Source: Selaginella moellendorffii | Lineage: Eukaryota; Plantae; Lycopodiophyta | NCBI RefSeq assembly: GCF_000143415.4 | Contig: NW_003314284.1 | Location: 1,616,674-1,680,673, forward strand | Direction: 5' to 3' | Length of the DNA: 64,000 bases | Shown here: positions 50,007 to 63,438 of the stretch, piece by piece | How positions within the stretch are numbered: the stretch's first letter is position 1 | Layout of the letters: every line of letters starts with the position of its first letter | Program-made: the position numbers and the translations under genes | The notes under the pieces: model-generated | Told to the model about the DNA's origin: nothing | What the model saw: only the letters and a program-made list of their open reading frames with translations | Database searches by the model: none

Positions 50007-50888
50007 ATGATAGTATTTAGCATAAAAAAAAGTTCATTTCTATTTATGATTTTTCTTCTTATGAATATATATATGACTATAGCACCAAAGTATTTTTCAA
50101 AATTCGGAAATCTTAGAATTTTAAATGCACAAGATATATCAACAGTGATCTCAACTACATATAGTCTAATTAAGAAAATCAAGCATAAACAAAAATATTC
50201 ATCATTTTACTCAGATAGTATGGAAATAATTACATCAAAAGGAACAATTAATTTAATAATTAAAATTAAAGAAGAATGTTCTATAGAAGGAGTAGATTTT
50301 ATAGGTACAAATATGATACGGGCATTTTATAATATTATTGATAGTAGTATAGATGAATTATATCAAAATTTATCAGATTTTTTTGAAAGAGAGAATACAA
50401 AATATAAAATACAATATGCACTTATTAGAAGAACAGAGCTTTTATTATCTATTAAATATATAAAAAGTAATATTTCTATCTATAGTGTATATAATTGTCT
50501 TCAAGAATTAAATACTATGTATATTGGATCAATTTTATCTACAAACAATTATTTAATTTCACCAAATAAAATAAATTACCTACTTCTAGAATATAACTGC
50601 AACCTTATTTTTTTCTCTAAAAATAAAAAAATCTGGGAAACAAACACTTCATATTTTAATTTATATAACTGCATTTTAGTGTTACAAATAGATGGTAATT
50701 TAGTTTTATATCATAGAAGGAAAATAATATGGACCAGTAATACTTATTGCAGAAATCAACAATTTTGCATATTATCAGTAATATTTTCTGTTCAAAATGA
50801 TTGTAATTTAGTTCTTTATCATGCTAAGTTTCCTAATAATTTTTTATGGCAATCACACTCGTCAAACCATATATTATGCTCTAAATAA
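50007..50888 (+). CDS. Secreted protein: signal peptide + unknown domain + bulb-type lectin (paralog of 15091-15999)
   Basis: Intact intronless 293-aa ORF with a hydrophobic N-terminus. Lectin repeats EYNCNLIFF, QIDGNLVLY and QNDCNLVLY. tataaata at about 49961. Confidence 0.85.
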   Translation: MIVFSIKKSSFLFMIFLLMNIYMTIAPKYFSKFGNLRILNAQDISTVISTTYSLIKKIKHKQKYSSFYSDSMEIITSKGTINLIIKIKEECSIEGVDFIGTNMIRAFYNIIDSSIDELYQNLSDFFERENTKYKIQYALIRRTELLLSIKYIKSNISIYSVYNCLQELNTMYIGSILSTNNYLISPNKINYLLLEYNCNLIFFSKNKKIWETNTSYFNLYNCILVLQIDGNLVLYHRRKIIWTSNTYCRNQQFCILSVIFSVQNDCNLVLYHAKFPNNFLWQSHSSNHILCSK

Positions 50889-51609
50889 ATTCATTATAAT
50901 GAAATGTTTTATGAAAAATATAATAAACAAACTATATATACAATTATAATATATATAATAGAGAAGATGATGAGATTGTCTAACAACTTGTAAGGAGCTT
51001 GGATTGAATTTCTATGCTAGTAGCTAAAAATAAATACAATCAATAAGAAGAAAAAGTAGTTATTATATAAAGTTCTCTATTTCAAATTTCAATAAAAATG
51101 ATCTACCTCAGCCTCACACCTGTTGCAAATGTCCCAATGAACCCAAACAAACTTTGCATAGATCCTTTCCTCTCTCACAAGTTGTTTTTGTGGTGTTGCA
51201 ATTATAAGATTGCACAATATGTAGATCTTGAAGATATAAGCTCAAAGCTAGATTCAAGATAGCAACTCACTCTAGCTATCTTCCTCATTTTCTTTTATAA
51301 ATTGCAATGCAAAGACATAATTTCATAACATAATTTTTAGAAGAAGTCATAAAATAATGTTGTTGTCTCAACCTATTTAAGTGTCTCACTCCAGTTGATT
51401 CTCCACTACTAATTAGGGCTAGGTTGCATACTAAATAATCATCAAAGTTATTTCATCATAGTAAAACTTTTGTAGAAATTGTCTCATGTTGTCATTTTGT
51501 TTAAAGCTTCTTTCTTCTCGAACTTGGAAATCCCCACCCTCTACTACCATGACCACAAGCACTCTCACCTATTATTTCTTTGCTACTACTGTTACTATTG
51601 TTGTGCTTG

Positions 51610-52270
51610 AGTAGTGCATATGGTTTCCACCTTTTACTCTATAATAATTTATCATAAAATAACTATGGAGTAGAATCAAACTTTTGGACAAATAAGCCAA
51701 GGTAATGGAGTGGAACTCAACTTTCACTACCTTGGCCACTAAATGACAGTATACAGCCAAATTTCTGAGTATATAGCCAAAGAGCAAAAGGACTAAAGCA
51801 CAAAATAACTCTTAAGCGTTCAACTCAAAGAGTGAAGAAGCAAGAGCATAGAGCAACATTAAAGCAATCCTAGACCATCCAATATCCTACATGCAAAATG
51901 GAGCCAAATGGAATTTGGCACTATTTTTACTATACTAGTGGCCTAATGTGAGGATATAAGTATTCCACTAGTTAGTAGGTATGAAAACACAAAACAAGGA
52001 TAGGTATACAAACAAAACCTAGACTATGTTATGGCTATATTTAATTTATCCATTATCCCTACTATACATTTGGAACTCCCGCGCCCCCCCCTATTTACTA
52101 AATATTATAAAATGGTGCTAGATTGTAAATTTGGACAAAATAATCTCTATATTCCATAAATATGCCCAAGAAAATTTAGACACTTTCTATAAATAGATAA
52201 TAGGATTGAATAGAACCAAAATATAACATACGATAACAAGAGTATTTTGGTGGACATAATATAACAAGAC
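51610..52270 (+). mobile_element. LTR family A fragment
   Basis: Begins gtagtgcatatggtttccacctttta (compare 63439) and includes tatccctactatacatttggaactcccgcgccccccc. Confidence 0.75.
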
Positions 52271-52653
52271 CTTTAACTAATTAAAAAGAGTGTGCACTCT
52301 TATTCATGGGCCCTTTCTTTTTATATTTGAACCTTTATAGATAATTTCTTAACAACCTTAATATATGGTGTGATTCCTCTATTTAACTAGCAGAGTTGGA
52401 CCCTAACCAAAGGTAAATTGGATTTGAGATTGGCCAACTAATCTTATTATATATGAAGAGATAAAAACAATGATCCGAGTGGGTATATATTTGAATGTTA
52501 TGACTTTGCATTCTTATGTATGAAATTTGGTTATCTTTTTGTACCATATTATATGACCTTGTGCTTGGCTCATAAGATGGACTTAAATATTCCATTTGCA
52601 CTAGTTTGCACTTGGGCTTGTATGTGAAGCACATTAACAACTATATTAGCATT

Positions 52654-52829
52654 TGTGAGTGCTTGGAATATAGAAAGGGAATACAGAAAATATGCATATC
52701 AATTAGCCCAAAAACTCTAGTTTATATACAAAAGCGAGTGGTCCAAATTGAAACTAATCCGATGGTTACCAAAATCCCACTACACTAATATTAGTATACG
52801 GTATCATAGCCATACACTTGGCCTTCATA
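52654..52829 (-). repeat. 3' LTR (176 bp) of gypsy element G1
   Basis: Reverse complement of 55350-55525. Preceded on the minus strand by PPT aaaaggagggga and followed by TSD AATG. Confidence 0.9.
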
Positions 52830-54899
52830 TCATCCCCTCCTTTTGAAATAATGGAAGATTATCAGGGTTCTTTTGTAGATGGGCCAGGATCGGGAGGAAT
52901 GTCAGGAGGAGGCCGGTTGAAACGCTTCATACAAAGGGATCAGGAGTAGTTAATATCACCCATAGATCCATCGATCTGTACATGCACAATCTCTAGAGGA
53001 TTGGCCTGCTGGACGTCATGTCGAACCTCATAAACTTGTGGTCCAACTTGCTGCAACACCTGATATGGTCCTTTCCACTACACAAGGAGCCCCTTAGATA
53101 AACCATGTATTGTAAGATGGGGAAAACAGACTAACACCAAATCATCCACTTTGTACTCCGCAAGTGGACGATGATGGGAGTTGTAACGCCGTTGTTGTCC
53201 CACTTGTACGCGTTCTAAATGTTCGATAGACTTTGCTTGGACAAATGGAAGAATGCTTGTCAAATACTAATCCTACAACCTAGTATTCGCAGCTCGTGGC
53301 AATTGCGAAGGTAAACCCAACTCCGTTGGTAATATTGGATCATGACCATATAGGAGTTTATATGGTGAAGCACCAACAGAACTTTGCACCCCTGTGACAT
53401 AGGCATACCAAAGATACGGCAAATAACCATCCCAATTCGAATGTTGAAAGTTCACATACTTCGCAATCATCCCTTTGAATGTCCGAACGAGCCATTCCAC
53501 CAAACCGTCTGATTGTGGATGATAAGCACTCGTGAAAGTGTAACGTATCCCCAACCGAGACATCAAAACATGAAATGCCTCAGCCATAAATGTGGGACCA
53601 TTATCTAAAAGAATCCGCTCTGGACAAGAATGCTGGAACACCACTCGATTGAGAAGGAAGTATCCAACAACAGTTGTAGAGCCGCTAGCAAGAGCACCAA
53701 CTTCCACCCAACGAGTCAAGTAGTCAGAAGCAATAATAACATACTCATTGCCAGCAGTCGACTGTGGAAAAGGTCCCATAAGATCAAATGCCACCAACTT
53801 AAATGGATGGGAAACTACAATTGACTCCAACTGTCCTTCTGCAGCCCGAGAGTGAGTATTACGAGCTTGGCACCAAACGCAGCTATGTATATACTGGATA
53901 ATATCACGTCACATCTCCGGCCAATAGAAAGACCTGCGTAGCTTCTCGGTTACACAATGATGTCCCATATGCCCACCTAGAACAAGAGAATCATGGTAGG
54001 CATGGAGAAACCGCAGAATAAAGATAAAAGGCACCATCAGCCGTAAATGATCATCAAGATCTGTCCCCACAAAATAAAGAAGGCCAACTTCAAGGCGATA
54101 TTAAGAATGTAAATGCCGGAAAGGCAAGTCATCAACAAGTGATGTAAGATTCTCAAATGCATCTCGAAGCCTTCGAATCCATAGCTCAATCTTTTGAGCC
54201 TTGCGAACTTCATCAAGAGAAGGTAAATCTTGCTCTTCGCCTTGTGGACACTGAATGTCAAGTACAACAACTGCCAACAGCACAGAATCCTTATCTAGAA
54301 AATCCATAGAGGCTGGAATAACAGGCTCGTCAGAAATATGAGAAGAGAGTGGAGAAAGAAGAGGAGCTCGAGAAAGGGCATTAGCATCAGCCATAAAACT
54401 GCCTGGGCGATGAACAACATCAAAATCATATATCTGAAGCTTCAAAGCCCACCGAGCCGTATGACCAACCAGGTTCTTCCTCTTCAATAATGAAGTAACG
54501 GCAGCATGGTCACCTTCAAGTAACATCCGAGAACCATATAGATATGCATGAAGTTTCTCGAAACCCCAAACTGCCGCTAAACACTCCTTCTCTGTCATGG
54601 AGTAGTTCATCTCTGTTGGTTGTAACGTACAGCTTATATATGCAATAGGATGACGCTGACCAGGCACACTTGGGCTTTCTTGCATCAACACACCTCCAAG
54701 ACCAATATCAAAAGCATCTACGCGCAAAATAAAAGGTCGAGTGTAGTCAGGATAAGCCAAAACTGAAGGAGTTGTCAACAGCTCTTTGAGATCCACAAAC
54801 GCCCACTCACAATTTAAAGACCAAATGAAAGATGACGTTGATGATTTCAGCAACGCTCGCAACGGTGCAGTGCGATCAGAAAGATGATCCACAAAACAA
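52830..54899 (-). mobile_element. Ty3/gypsy element G1, 3' half: RT thumb, RNase H, integrase (pseudogenised)
   Basis: FVDHLSDRTAPLRALLK, LAYPDYTRPFILRVDAFDIGLGGVL, NYSMTEKECLAAVWG, ADANALSR, DLMGPFP and SAYHPQSDGLVE. Confidence 0.95.
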
Positions 54900-55059
54900 A
54901 CATGCTCAAAGTTATTGGCTATTATATTTAGAGTGTTACCTTTTTGTTAAACAAATATAGGAGTCAATAATATGACTATAGTGTTTGGTCTTATGAAGGT
55001 AAACTAAAGAGTGGTTATTAATTATTTTGCAATTAATGATTGCTTATGAATTTTGTTGA

Positions 55060-55219
55060 TATAGTGCATGTGATCATGGAATGAAATTTGGATATACTAT
55101 CACTATAGATCTTTGGAATTTTAGGAGATATGGGGATACAATAACCACTAAGAGCTCTTTCATCAAGTAATTACCGTTTTTGTGGTTGGCTTAAAGGGAG
55201 AGAAATAAGGTGCACTATA
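55060..55219 (+). repeat. Solo LTR of the TRIM-like family
   Basis: Inverted termini tatagtgca...tgcactata; collinear with 44475-44636. Confidence 0.8.
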
Positions 55220-55349
55220 ATCAAGGATTGTTTTTTGAATATGCTGTTTCTTAGAATATATTTCAAGAAAAAGGCAAAACCTCAACCCTTACTAAACAAT
55301 CTTGTCTAAAACACAATTAACTTAATTTGCCACTTAATTTGTTTGAATG

Positions 55350-58099
55350 TGTGAGGGCTAAGTGTACAGCTACAATACCATATACTAATATTAACGTAGT
55401 GGGATTTTAGTAGCCATCGGATTGGTTTCAATCCGGACTACTCGCTCTTATATATAAGATATGGTTTTTGGGCTAATTAATATGCACATTTTCTATATTC
55501 CCTTTCCATATTTCAAGCACTCACATTGGTGAAGTTGAGGGGCACATTGATTGTCCCTAAGGAGTGTTTGAATTTGGGATTTTGGTTTAGATGTAGCTTT
55601 TGCATTGTCTAGATCTAGCTTTTTCCATTCCATTTCTTTTGTTCTTCCCTTTCAGGATTTTGGTTTAGATCTAGCTTTTTTGCATTGTCTAGATCTCCCA
55701 TTTTTTTCTTGCTTTTTGTCGTTTCTCTTCTTTTGCTCTTTCTTCGTCTGTCTTCATGGCAGATCAGCAATCTCCTCCTTTGACTCTGGAGCAATAGTTG
55801 GTACAATTGCTTGATGCTATGCGCTTGCAATTGAACAACCAAACTCAGTTGATGGTGATGTTCACGGCACATGGTACAACTCCTTCTACTCTTGGTGGTA
55901 ATCCTTGCATTCGGCTGGAGTTCTTTCACGGGAATCTTGGGGATGATGTGTACCATTGGTTCAATCACTTCATGGTGATTGCCACATATCATTCTTGGGA
56001 TGATGCTCGACGGTTGTGTAAGTTTCCCACGTGTCTCCAAAGGACGGCGTTGCAATGGTACAATGGTCTGAGCACAGCCACTCGTGGGGATTGGAGTGTT
56101 CTCCCGGACGTCTTCAAACGCGCCTTAGAACATGCCGACGACTTTGATGATGCTTTCCAACAATTGCATTGTCTTTGCCAAAGGCCATTTGAGTTGGTGA
56201 TGCAATTTAGCATTCGTTTTCGAAGTCTTTTGCTTCGTGTGGAGCCAAATATGTTGGAGCGGATCAAGCTAGGAATGTTGTGGCCAGCACTTCGTTAAGA
56301 TCTTGTCGAACTTGTGCATGCACTTGCTCCCGCCACCCTTGATGATGCTCTTTGCTTGGCACAATGTTATGAGATGTCGCCTCTTCCACTTCTCATTGCC
56401 CATCCTTCAGCTCCCCAACCTTTGGGTGATGGTCTTGTTCCAATGGAGGTTGATGCTGCTGCTACTCGAGTCCAAGGACAAGGGTAAGGACGTGGTCGTG
56501 GTTGTGATGTTTGTTGCTGGGCATGTGATGAAGTTGGTCATACTTATTGGCGCTGTCAGCATTTTCCGGATTGGCAACCTCCATTTCCTAGGTGGAGACC
56601 TTGGTGTCAACAACGTCCTATTGGTGCTGCTGCAGTGGAAGGTTTGGACACTGCGATGCATCGGGGAAACGAGGAGTCGCGCGAGTAACAAGGGGACCTT
56701 GCGTGAATAAGTCAGTGACCCCTCTATATTTCTTTTAGGAGTATCATCAAGGGGTTCACTCAGCACCGATTCATCTAGTGTTTACTTTCAAAGCTTGTTT
56801 TTATAACAAGAGGTCTCCTATTATTCTCTTCGTGTTGGTTGATATAGGTTTGAGTTTATCTTCTATTGCTCGACCTGGTGCCACATGTTGCCGTTTACAC
56901 TTGTGTCATGCGGCGAAACCAGTTTTCATTCTTTATGGCAACGGCCATACACATGCATATGCACGGGATGAGGCAGACTTGGTTGTGCGTGTGGGCGATC
57001 TCGAGCTTGAGTTGCAGTCATTACAGGTGGTGCTGAGTTAAGCTTTTGACCTCATTCTTGGTATGGATTGTTGCAACGCAATTATGCCAAGTGTGACTTT
57101 GAGGCTTCTCCCCCTTGTCTCATACTTCCTTATGTTTCATCAATTCCTCTCACTTCCATACTTTTTTGTCCCTCTACTTCTACTTCTTTTTCTATTACTT
57201 TTGTTCCCCCACTATTTCCTCCTGTGTTTCCATCTTGTTCTGGTCTTCCCTTTTCCGATCCCTCCAACAGTCTTTGTGTTGCAATGGTTGACCAGCTCAT
57301 GAAGGAGTATTCTGATCTCTTTGAATTTGACCTATTGTCTAGGGCCAAGATTGCGACATGTTATTTGATTCCAACAGAGGATGCTCATCCAATCAAAGTT
57401 CCTATTTGTCATCAGTCACCCAAGGAGATCAAAATTTTACGTGCAAATGTCAAGGAGATGTTGGAGAAGGGTGTTATTCAGAAGTCACGGAGTCCTTGGG
57501 CATGTGAACCTCATCTTGTGATGGGAGTATTCGTTTTTGCATTGACTATCATCCGTTAAACAATGTGACGATCCCCAGATGTGTACCCTCTTCCTCATAC
57601 TGCTGATCTTTTGGATCGTTTGGGGCGAAGTTGTTTGTTCACCAAGCTAGATCTTGCTTCTGCGTACTAGCAAGTACCGATGGCCGAAGAAGATATTCTT
57701 AAGACTGCTTTTCGTACACCGTTTGGTTTGTACGAGTTCTTGGTGATGCCGTTTGGTTTAAACAATGCTCCAGCAACTTTTCAGTGGATGATGGACGAGG
57801 TTCTTTGTGATATGCCAGAGGTGACTGCTGACTTCATTGATGATGTCTTGATTCACTCAGAGGGGATGTGGGAGGAGCACATTCGTGATGTGTGTAAAGT
57901 GTTGGATCAGTTACGGGACGTTAGTTTAAAGCTGAAGCGGTCAAAATGCGTGTTTGGGTCCAAGGACACGACTTATCTTGGGTATCATATTTCTCGTGAA
58001 GGTTTGCAAATTGATCCTGACAAACTTATGGCTGTTCTAAAGTTCCTTACTCTGAAGTGTGTGAATGATGTGCAGTGCTTCCTGGGCAAGGTGCTGTAT
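55350..58099 (+). mobile_element. Ty3/gypsy element G1, 5' half: 176-bp LTR, PBS, gag, zinc knuckle, protease, RT (pseudogenised)
   Basis: LTR tgtgaggg...cactcaca followed by tggtg. Gag SWDDARRLCKFPTCLQRTALQWY, knuckle CWACDEVGHTYWRC, protease VLVDIG, and RT KTAFRTPFGLYEFLVMPFGLNNAPATFQ, FIDDVLI and DVQCFLG. Confidence 0.95.
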
Positions 58100-59059
58100 C
58101 TCAGTCGACTTGGTGGGGACTGGAAAAGAGTTGTCGGGGAAGGCTATTCCCCATCTTTGCGGGCATCCTAAGGATGCTAAGGAGTAGATCTAGGATGATC
58201 ACTCACGGACAGATGGCCCAGTCTTTGAGAGACGGAACTATGATGCAGGTGGCATTAGACCACCGGTGTGACCAAAGTGAATGGGCATAGCCTTATGTAA
58301 CGGGCTGATATGTCAGTGGTACCTTGGGGTGTTGGTCATAGGATCAAACATGTGGAGCACTTGGACCAAGTGCAAAGGTTGAGTGGCATGGATGCCATTC
58401 TCGGGGCTAGCAAGCCCCAAGTCCTAACTAGGACTTATGGAGGTTGTGAATGAAACTCCTCCAAGTGGTTGGAGGTGCAGTTAAGTGACTAAAATAAAAT
58501 GGAAAAATTAGTTGCTTACATCCCACTCCTAAAAGGGAAATTGACTGTGGTGCTCTTATCTCATGTGGAGTGATGCCCCACTTAAGTATCTTGCGGCTCA
58601 TTGGTCCTCACCCTTCCTAGGGGCTTGGGCCTTCCTTTAGGATGGAAGTGGGGGAGTAAGGGGTACCCATATCAAGCCGTTAAGCCACGGTGTTTCCCCC
58701 TAGTGTCCCAAAGCAAGTGTTGCACCTAAAGCTTGGGATTTACAAAGTCCTATGATCAAGTCTTGTTGTACTAAGGGATGTTAAGAACCTAGAGACTTGG
58801 TATGTTTGGCTGCTTGTACCTGCAAGAAGTGTACCTGAACTTTAAGTCTAATCTAACTCCAGGAGGGGGATTGGGAAAGATTTGGGAATCCGTAGATGGA
58901 TGGCTAATGCTCCATTGCTCGTGCAATGAATAACTAAAACCAAGTAAAACCAAGTAGGAGCTGATACAATAGGTGGGAACCTTGGCAAGGGAACTTAGCT
59001 AAGGCCAAGGTCATGTTGGTTGGATAGATGAGATAAGTTGGCAAATTGGAAAGGAAAAA

Positions 59060-59300
59060 TTTATAGTTTACAATTATACTTTAAAGGCATTTTGTTAAAC
59101 TCTATAAAAGTAGTGAACTTTTACTAATTTTGACTTGGTCTTAATGGTTTTGTGCCTTAGTTAAGGATGGTAATATCTAACATAACTGTTTACTATTGAG
59201 ATGTTAGTACATGTATCATAGCCTTGTTTATTAAATAGTTGTGTATTATATAAGTCTATCTTATAGTCTTCACTTTAGTTTCGGCTGAGTGTTGATCATG
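59060..59300 (+). repeat. Fragment of the unknown element seen at about 4030-4270
   Basis: Collinear, for example agtagtgaacttt...aggatggt...atgttagtacatgtat...atataagtc...tttagtttc. Confidence 0.8.
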
Positions 59301-62300
59301 TTAGCCACACCTTCTCCCCAAGTTGGAACTCTATATCTCGCTTTTGGTTCACATACTTGATTTGCCTTTATTGAGCCCGTTTTAAAGAATCCCTCACTAG
59401 ATTCCAAATGTTGAGTCTTTCTGCCGTGAATACCTCCACTACGAGTAACTTTCCATGAGACTCGGCCACGCCAAGTTCCACAAAACCTTCAATAGCTTGC
59501 CCATTGATAACTTCCCATGGACTCACCCTAATACTCGAGTGTGGTGAGTTATTATCGCACATTTCCACAAGTCCCAAATGACTTATCCAATTAGTCTGGT
59601 CTTTGGAGACATAGCATCACAAATAATCCTCTAACTGCCTATTCACCCTTTTTGTTTGTCTATCTGTCAAAATGCATTAGTGCTATCAAACTTGACTTAA
59701 TACTCAATACATGTCCGTGGGTGATAAACTGTGCTGAATTTCAACTTGTGCAATATTGTTCCAGGAGAGTTCTCCAAAACCTACTGCTGAAGATTTTATC
59801 TCGATCTGAGATAATTTTTTTTGACCTTCCCCACACTCAAACCACTTGTTCAAAGAATAGCTTCACCACACCTTTCGCATCCACTTTTGTTGTGGTGGGT
59901 ATGAAATATGCCATTTTAAAAAATCGGTCCACCACTATGAATATCACATAAAACCCCTCACTTAGGGGAGTCTTGTGATGAAGTCCATTGTAAGACATTT
60001 CCACGGGTGATTTGGAATTGGGATGCTTTGTAACAAGCCCCCACTAGCTTTAGTCACGACTTTGACCTACTAACATTCTAGACATGTCTTTACATAGTTT
60101 TGGACGTCCTTAGCTATATCAGGCTAGTGATACTTCCTTTTAAGTAAGCCCATTGTCTTATACACTCTGCCATGTCCTGCAAGAGGTCTGTCATGACACT
60201 CTTCTAAGGCTACCTTCCTTAGTTCCTCTTCTGGAAAATACACCCTCCTTTATTTATAATAGATGAGTCTATTGTGTTCCGCATAGCCTGTTTTCTCTTC
60301 CGTTAGCAACTCACCTCTTTAGTGAGCTTCTCGTGCCTGTTAGTTCCTCAGCAACACTTCTTGGGCTAGACCATCGTTCTTATACACTATCCGCACATCA
60401 TCCCAAAAGGTTGCTATCACGCTGAATGTCACCAACTTCAAGCTTGCTTTTCGACTTAGAGCATCTGCCACGATGTAGCTCTTTCCAGGTTTATACAAAA
60501 TCTCGCAATCAAACTCGACTAAAGCATTGGCCCACCAACTCTATTTCCCTCTTAGGTCGGGTTGTGACAAGAAGTGTTTCATTGCCACATTATCCATGTA
60601 AACTTTGAAGTGTCTCCCAAAGTAGTGTCACCACTCCTTGAGTGCCTTGACCACCACAAACAATTCTTTCTCGTGGGCAAGCCACTTTTGTTGAGCCTTG
60701 TCCAACTTCTTTGAGAAGAACACTACTAGATGGTTGTCGTGCTTCAACACTACACCCAACGCAAAATCTAAAACATCCATTTCTACCTCAAAGTCCTTAC
60801 CAAAGTTTGGTAATGCCAATATAGGAGCCTTCTTCAACTTCCCTTTAAGGTGGACAAATACCACCTCATATTTCACTGTGTATACCATCTTCCCTTTTCC
60901 CGTTTGGTCCGTTAAAGGCAGAGTTACTCTTGAATAGTGTTTGATAAACTTTTGGTAGTAGTTGCATAGCCCCAAGAATGCCCTCAACTTGTGTATATTT
61001 GATGGTCGTTCTCATTCCTAGATCGCTTGGACCTTCTCAGAGTCCACCTTGAGCCCGTCCTTGCCTACCACATGCCCAAGAAACTTTACCTTTTGTTGAG
61101 CAAAGTCATATTTACTCTCTTTAGCATATAGCTAATGTTCCTTTAGTTTCTCAAACACCTTCGTCAAGTGTTTGACATGCTCCTTTAGCGTCTTGTTATA
61201 AATCAAGATGTCATTAATGTAGACAACCATGAAATGATCCAGATAGGGTACAAAATGTGGTTCATCAATGCCGAGAATGTTGCTTATGCATTGCACAGCC
61301 CAAAGGGTATCACTAAAAACTCAAAACTTCCATACCTTGTTTAACAGGTTGTCTTCTCGACATCTTCCTCTACTACCCTGATTTGGTAGTATCCTGACCT
61401 TATGTCGATCCTCAAGAAGTATTTCACCTTTCCCAACCTATCGAACAAGTTCTCAATTCTTGGTAAAGGGTACTTGTTCTTCTTTGTATGTTTGTTGAGC
61501 AATCGGTAGTCTATACATATGTGTATAGATTCATTTTTCTTTTTCACAAATAACACAAGTGTAACTTGCTCAACCTAATATACCCTTTTTCCACCAACTC
61601 TTCAAGTTGGCGTTTGAGCTCTTTTAGTTCCTTTTTGTTCAATCGATAGGGGGGACAAACTATCGCTTTAACACCCTCGACCAACTCGATCTTGTGTTCT
61701 ATTGGTCGTTTGGGGGGTAACCCTGCCAGTAGCTCCTCCGGTATGGTATCTTGGAATTGGTCCAACACCCACTAGATCACTAAAGGCACTTCTTTTGTTC
61801 TGTCTTTTTGTCATTCCTCACTAAAAGTAAGCACAAAAATGCTACCTAGTTCCTTTAGTGAGTTATCCTCTCGTGGACACCAAGTTCAAGTAAGAGTCTT
61901 TGGCCTTACATTGCTTTACCTTTAGATCTGGGCTTCCACCTAGATTGTTTTTCGGGCATTCGTAGTACCACAAGTTCTACTTGTCCAGTAGGGTACCACA
62001 AACAATACGGTGAAATCCATATCTACTTTCCATGTCCCTACTTTAACTCTTGCTTGTCAAATTACCTCATTGGTGCTTTGGCTACCTTATCCAAACTTTA
62101 TAGTCTTTAGTTCACCTAGCCGCTGCACTGTTTGTTTGATTTGCTGAACTATATCTGCATCCACAAAATTATCCAAAACACCCGTATCAATAAAGATTTT
62201 AACAAAGCTATGTCCGAGCTTCCCTCGGAAGGCTTATAGATGTTGCGAATGACTCTCTACCAAAGTTGCTCATGTAATGAGAAACTTTGAGCTAGGGATT

Positions 62301-63092
62301 GGATCATGTACCTCAGTTTAAATTTCACTTAATTTAATAGCCATATTGACTTTAGCCTTCTTCGAGTATGGACATTCCTTTGAAAAGTGTCCTGCTTCAT
62401 TGCAATTGAAGCATATGTTGTTTCCCATGCTATTAGTAGACTTAAGCTTTTTATCCGTGGGTTTATCTCTTTTTGCTTGACTCCCCCATATACTTGCTCG
62501 CTGGCCATCAGATCTGCTTTTCTGGAACCCTGAGGACTCTTTCTTAAAGAAACTCTTCTTGAATTTCCCTTTGTCATATATCCCCCTTGGTTTGGCCCCT
62601 TTGCTAAATATGGATCGCGACCCTGTCATGTTCCCCTTTTGCAATTATCATTGAAATGCACCTTGATAGCTGCATCTAATGCTTCCTTGTAGTTAGTCAA
62701 GTTCTAATCCATCACCTCGCCACGAGCCTAGGTTTGCAAGCCTGATATAAAGGCATAGAACGCATCCATATCACCCATATTTGTGACAAGTATCCTTTTT
62801 GCTATAAACCCATTCACATGCTCTTGAATAGTTTTGGTCTACTTTAGCCTACTCAACTCATCCTTTAGATGCAGAATAGCATTCGGAGGAACATAAGTTG
62901 TGCAGATCCTCGCCTTCATCATTTTCCAAGTGGCCACCGGTCCTTCATTGGCCTCTGTTGTTCCATCAAGACTTGGCATTATCTGCAAAGTATGGTTTTG
63001 CACATGAGACTTTCTTCAAGCTTAGTAACTGTAACACTTAGAAATAATCCTCCATATTGTAAAACCAATCCTCCACCACCTTATAGTCATTC
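59301..63092 (-). mobile_element. Second Ty3/gypsy element G2 (gag-PR-RT-RH-IN), decayed, 3'-truncated, gag interrupted by LTR A
   Basis: Gag DYKVVEDWFYNMEDYF, knuckle CFNCNEAGHFSKEC, protease [16 protein letters not shown] and [21 protein letters not shown] and HEKELFVVVKALKEW, plus integrase remnants down to EFQLGEKVWL. Confidence 0.93.
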
Positions 63093-63438
63093 TGTTGCGA
63101 ATGTGACTTCGGGTTTAAGTTACCTGTTGGCCAATCCTTACGGACACTCTTTTCTTACTGCCACGACGGTAGAACGTTGGTATTACTAGACTCTTTATCA
63201 GTCCCTCTTATGCTAGTGGAGTTAATTGGGCATTTCAAGTGTATTTAGACCGAATGAGCATAAGGATGGAATTCTTACGTCCTATTAGCTAAGCTTACTT
63301 AACCCGGTAAGGAGTTCCCATCTCATTATGTCTTACACTGACTAATGACAAGAACCCTCATGTATTGAGACTAGTCCCTTAATATCGTTGGATGATAGCT
63401 TACTATGTTTGCCAAACACCTTCGCTATCATGCCCTTT
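63093..63438 (-). mobile_element. LTR family A, 3' part, inserted in G2 gag
   Basis: Reverse complement of 620-953; terminus attcgcaaca abuts gag codons. Confidence 0.8.
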
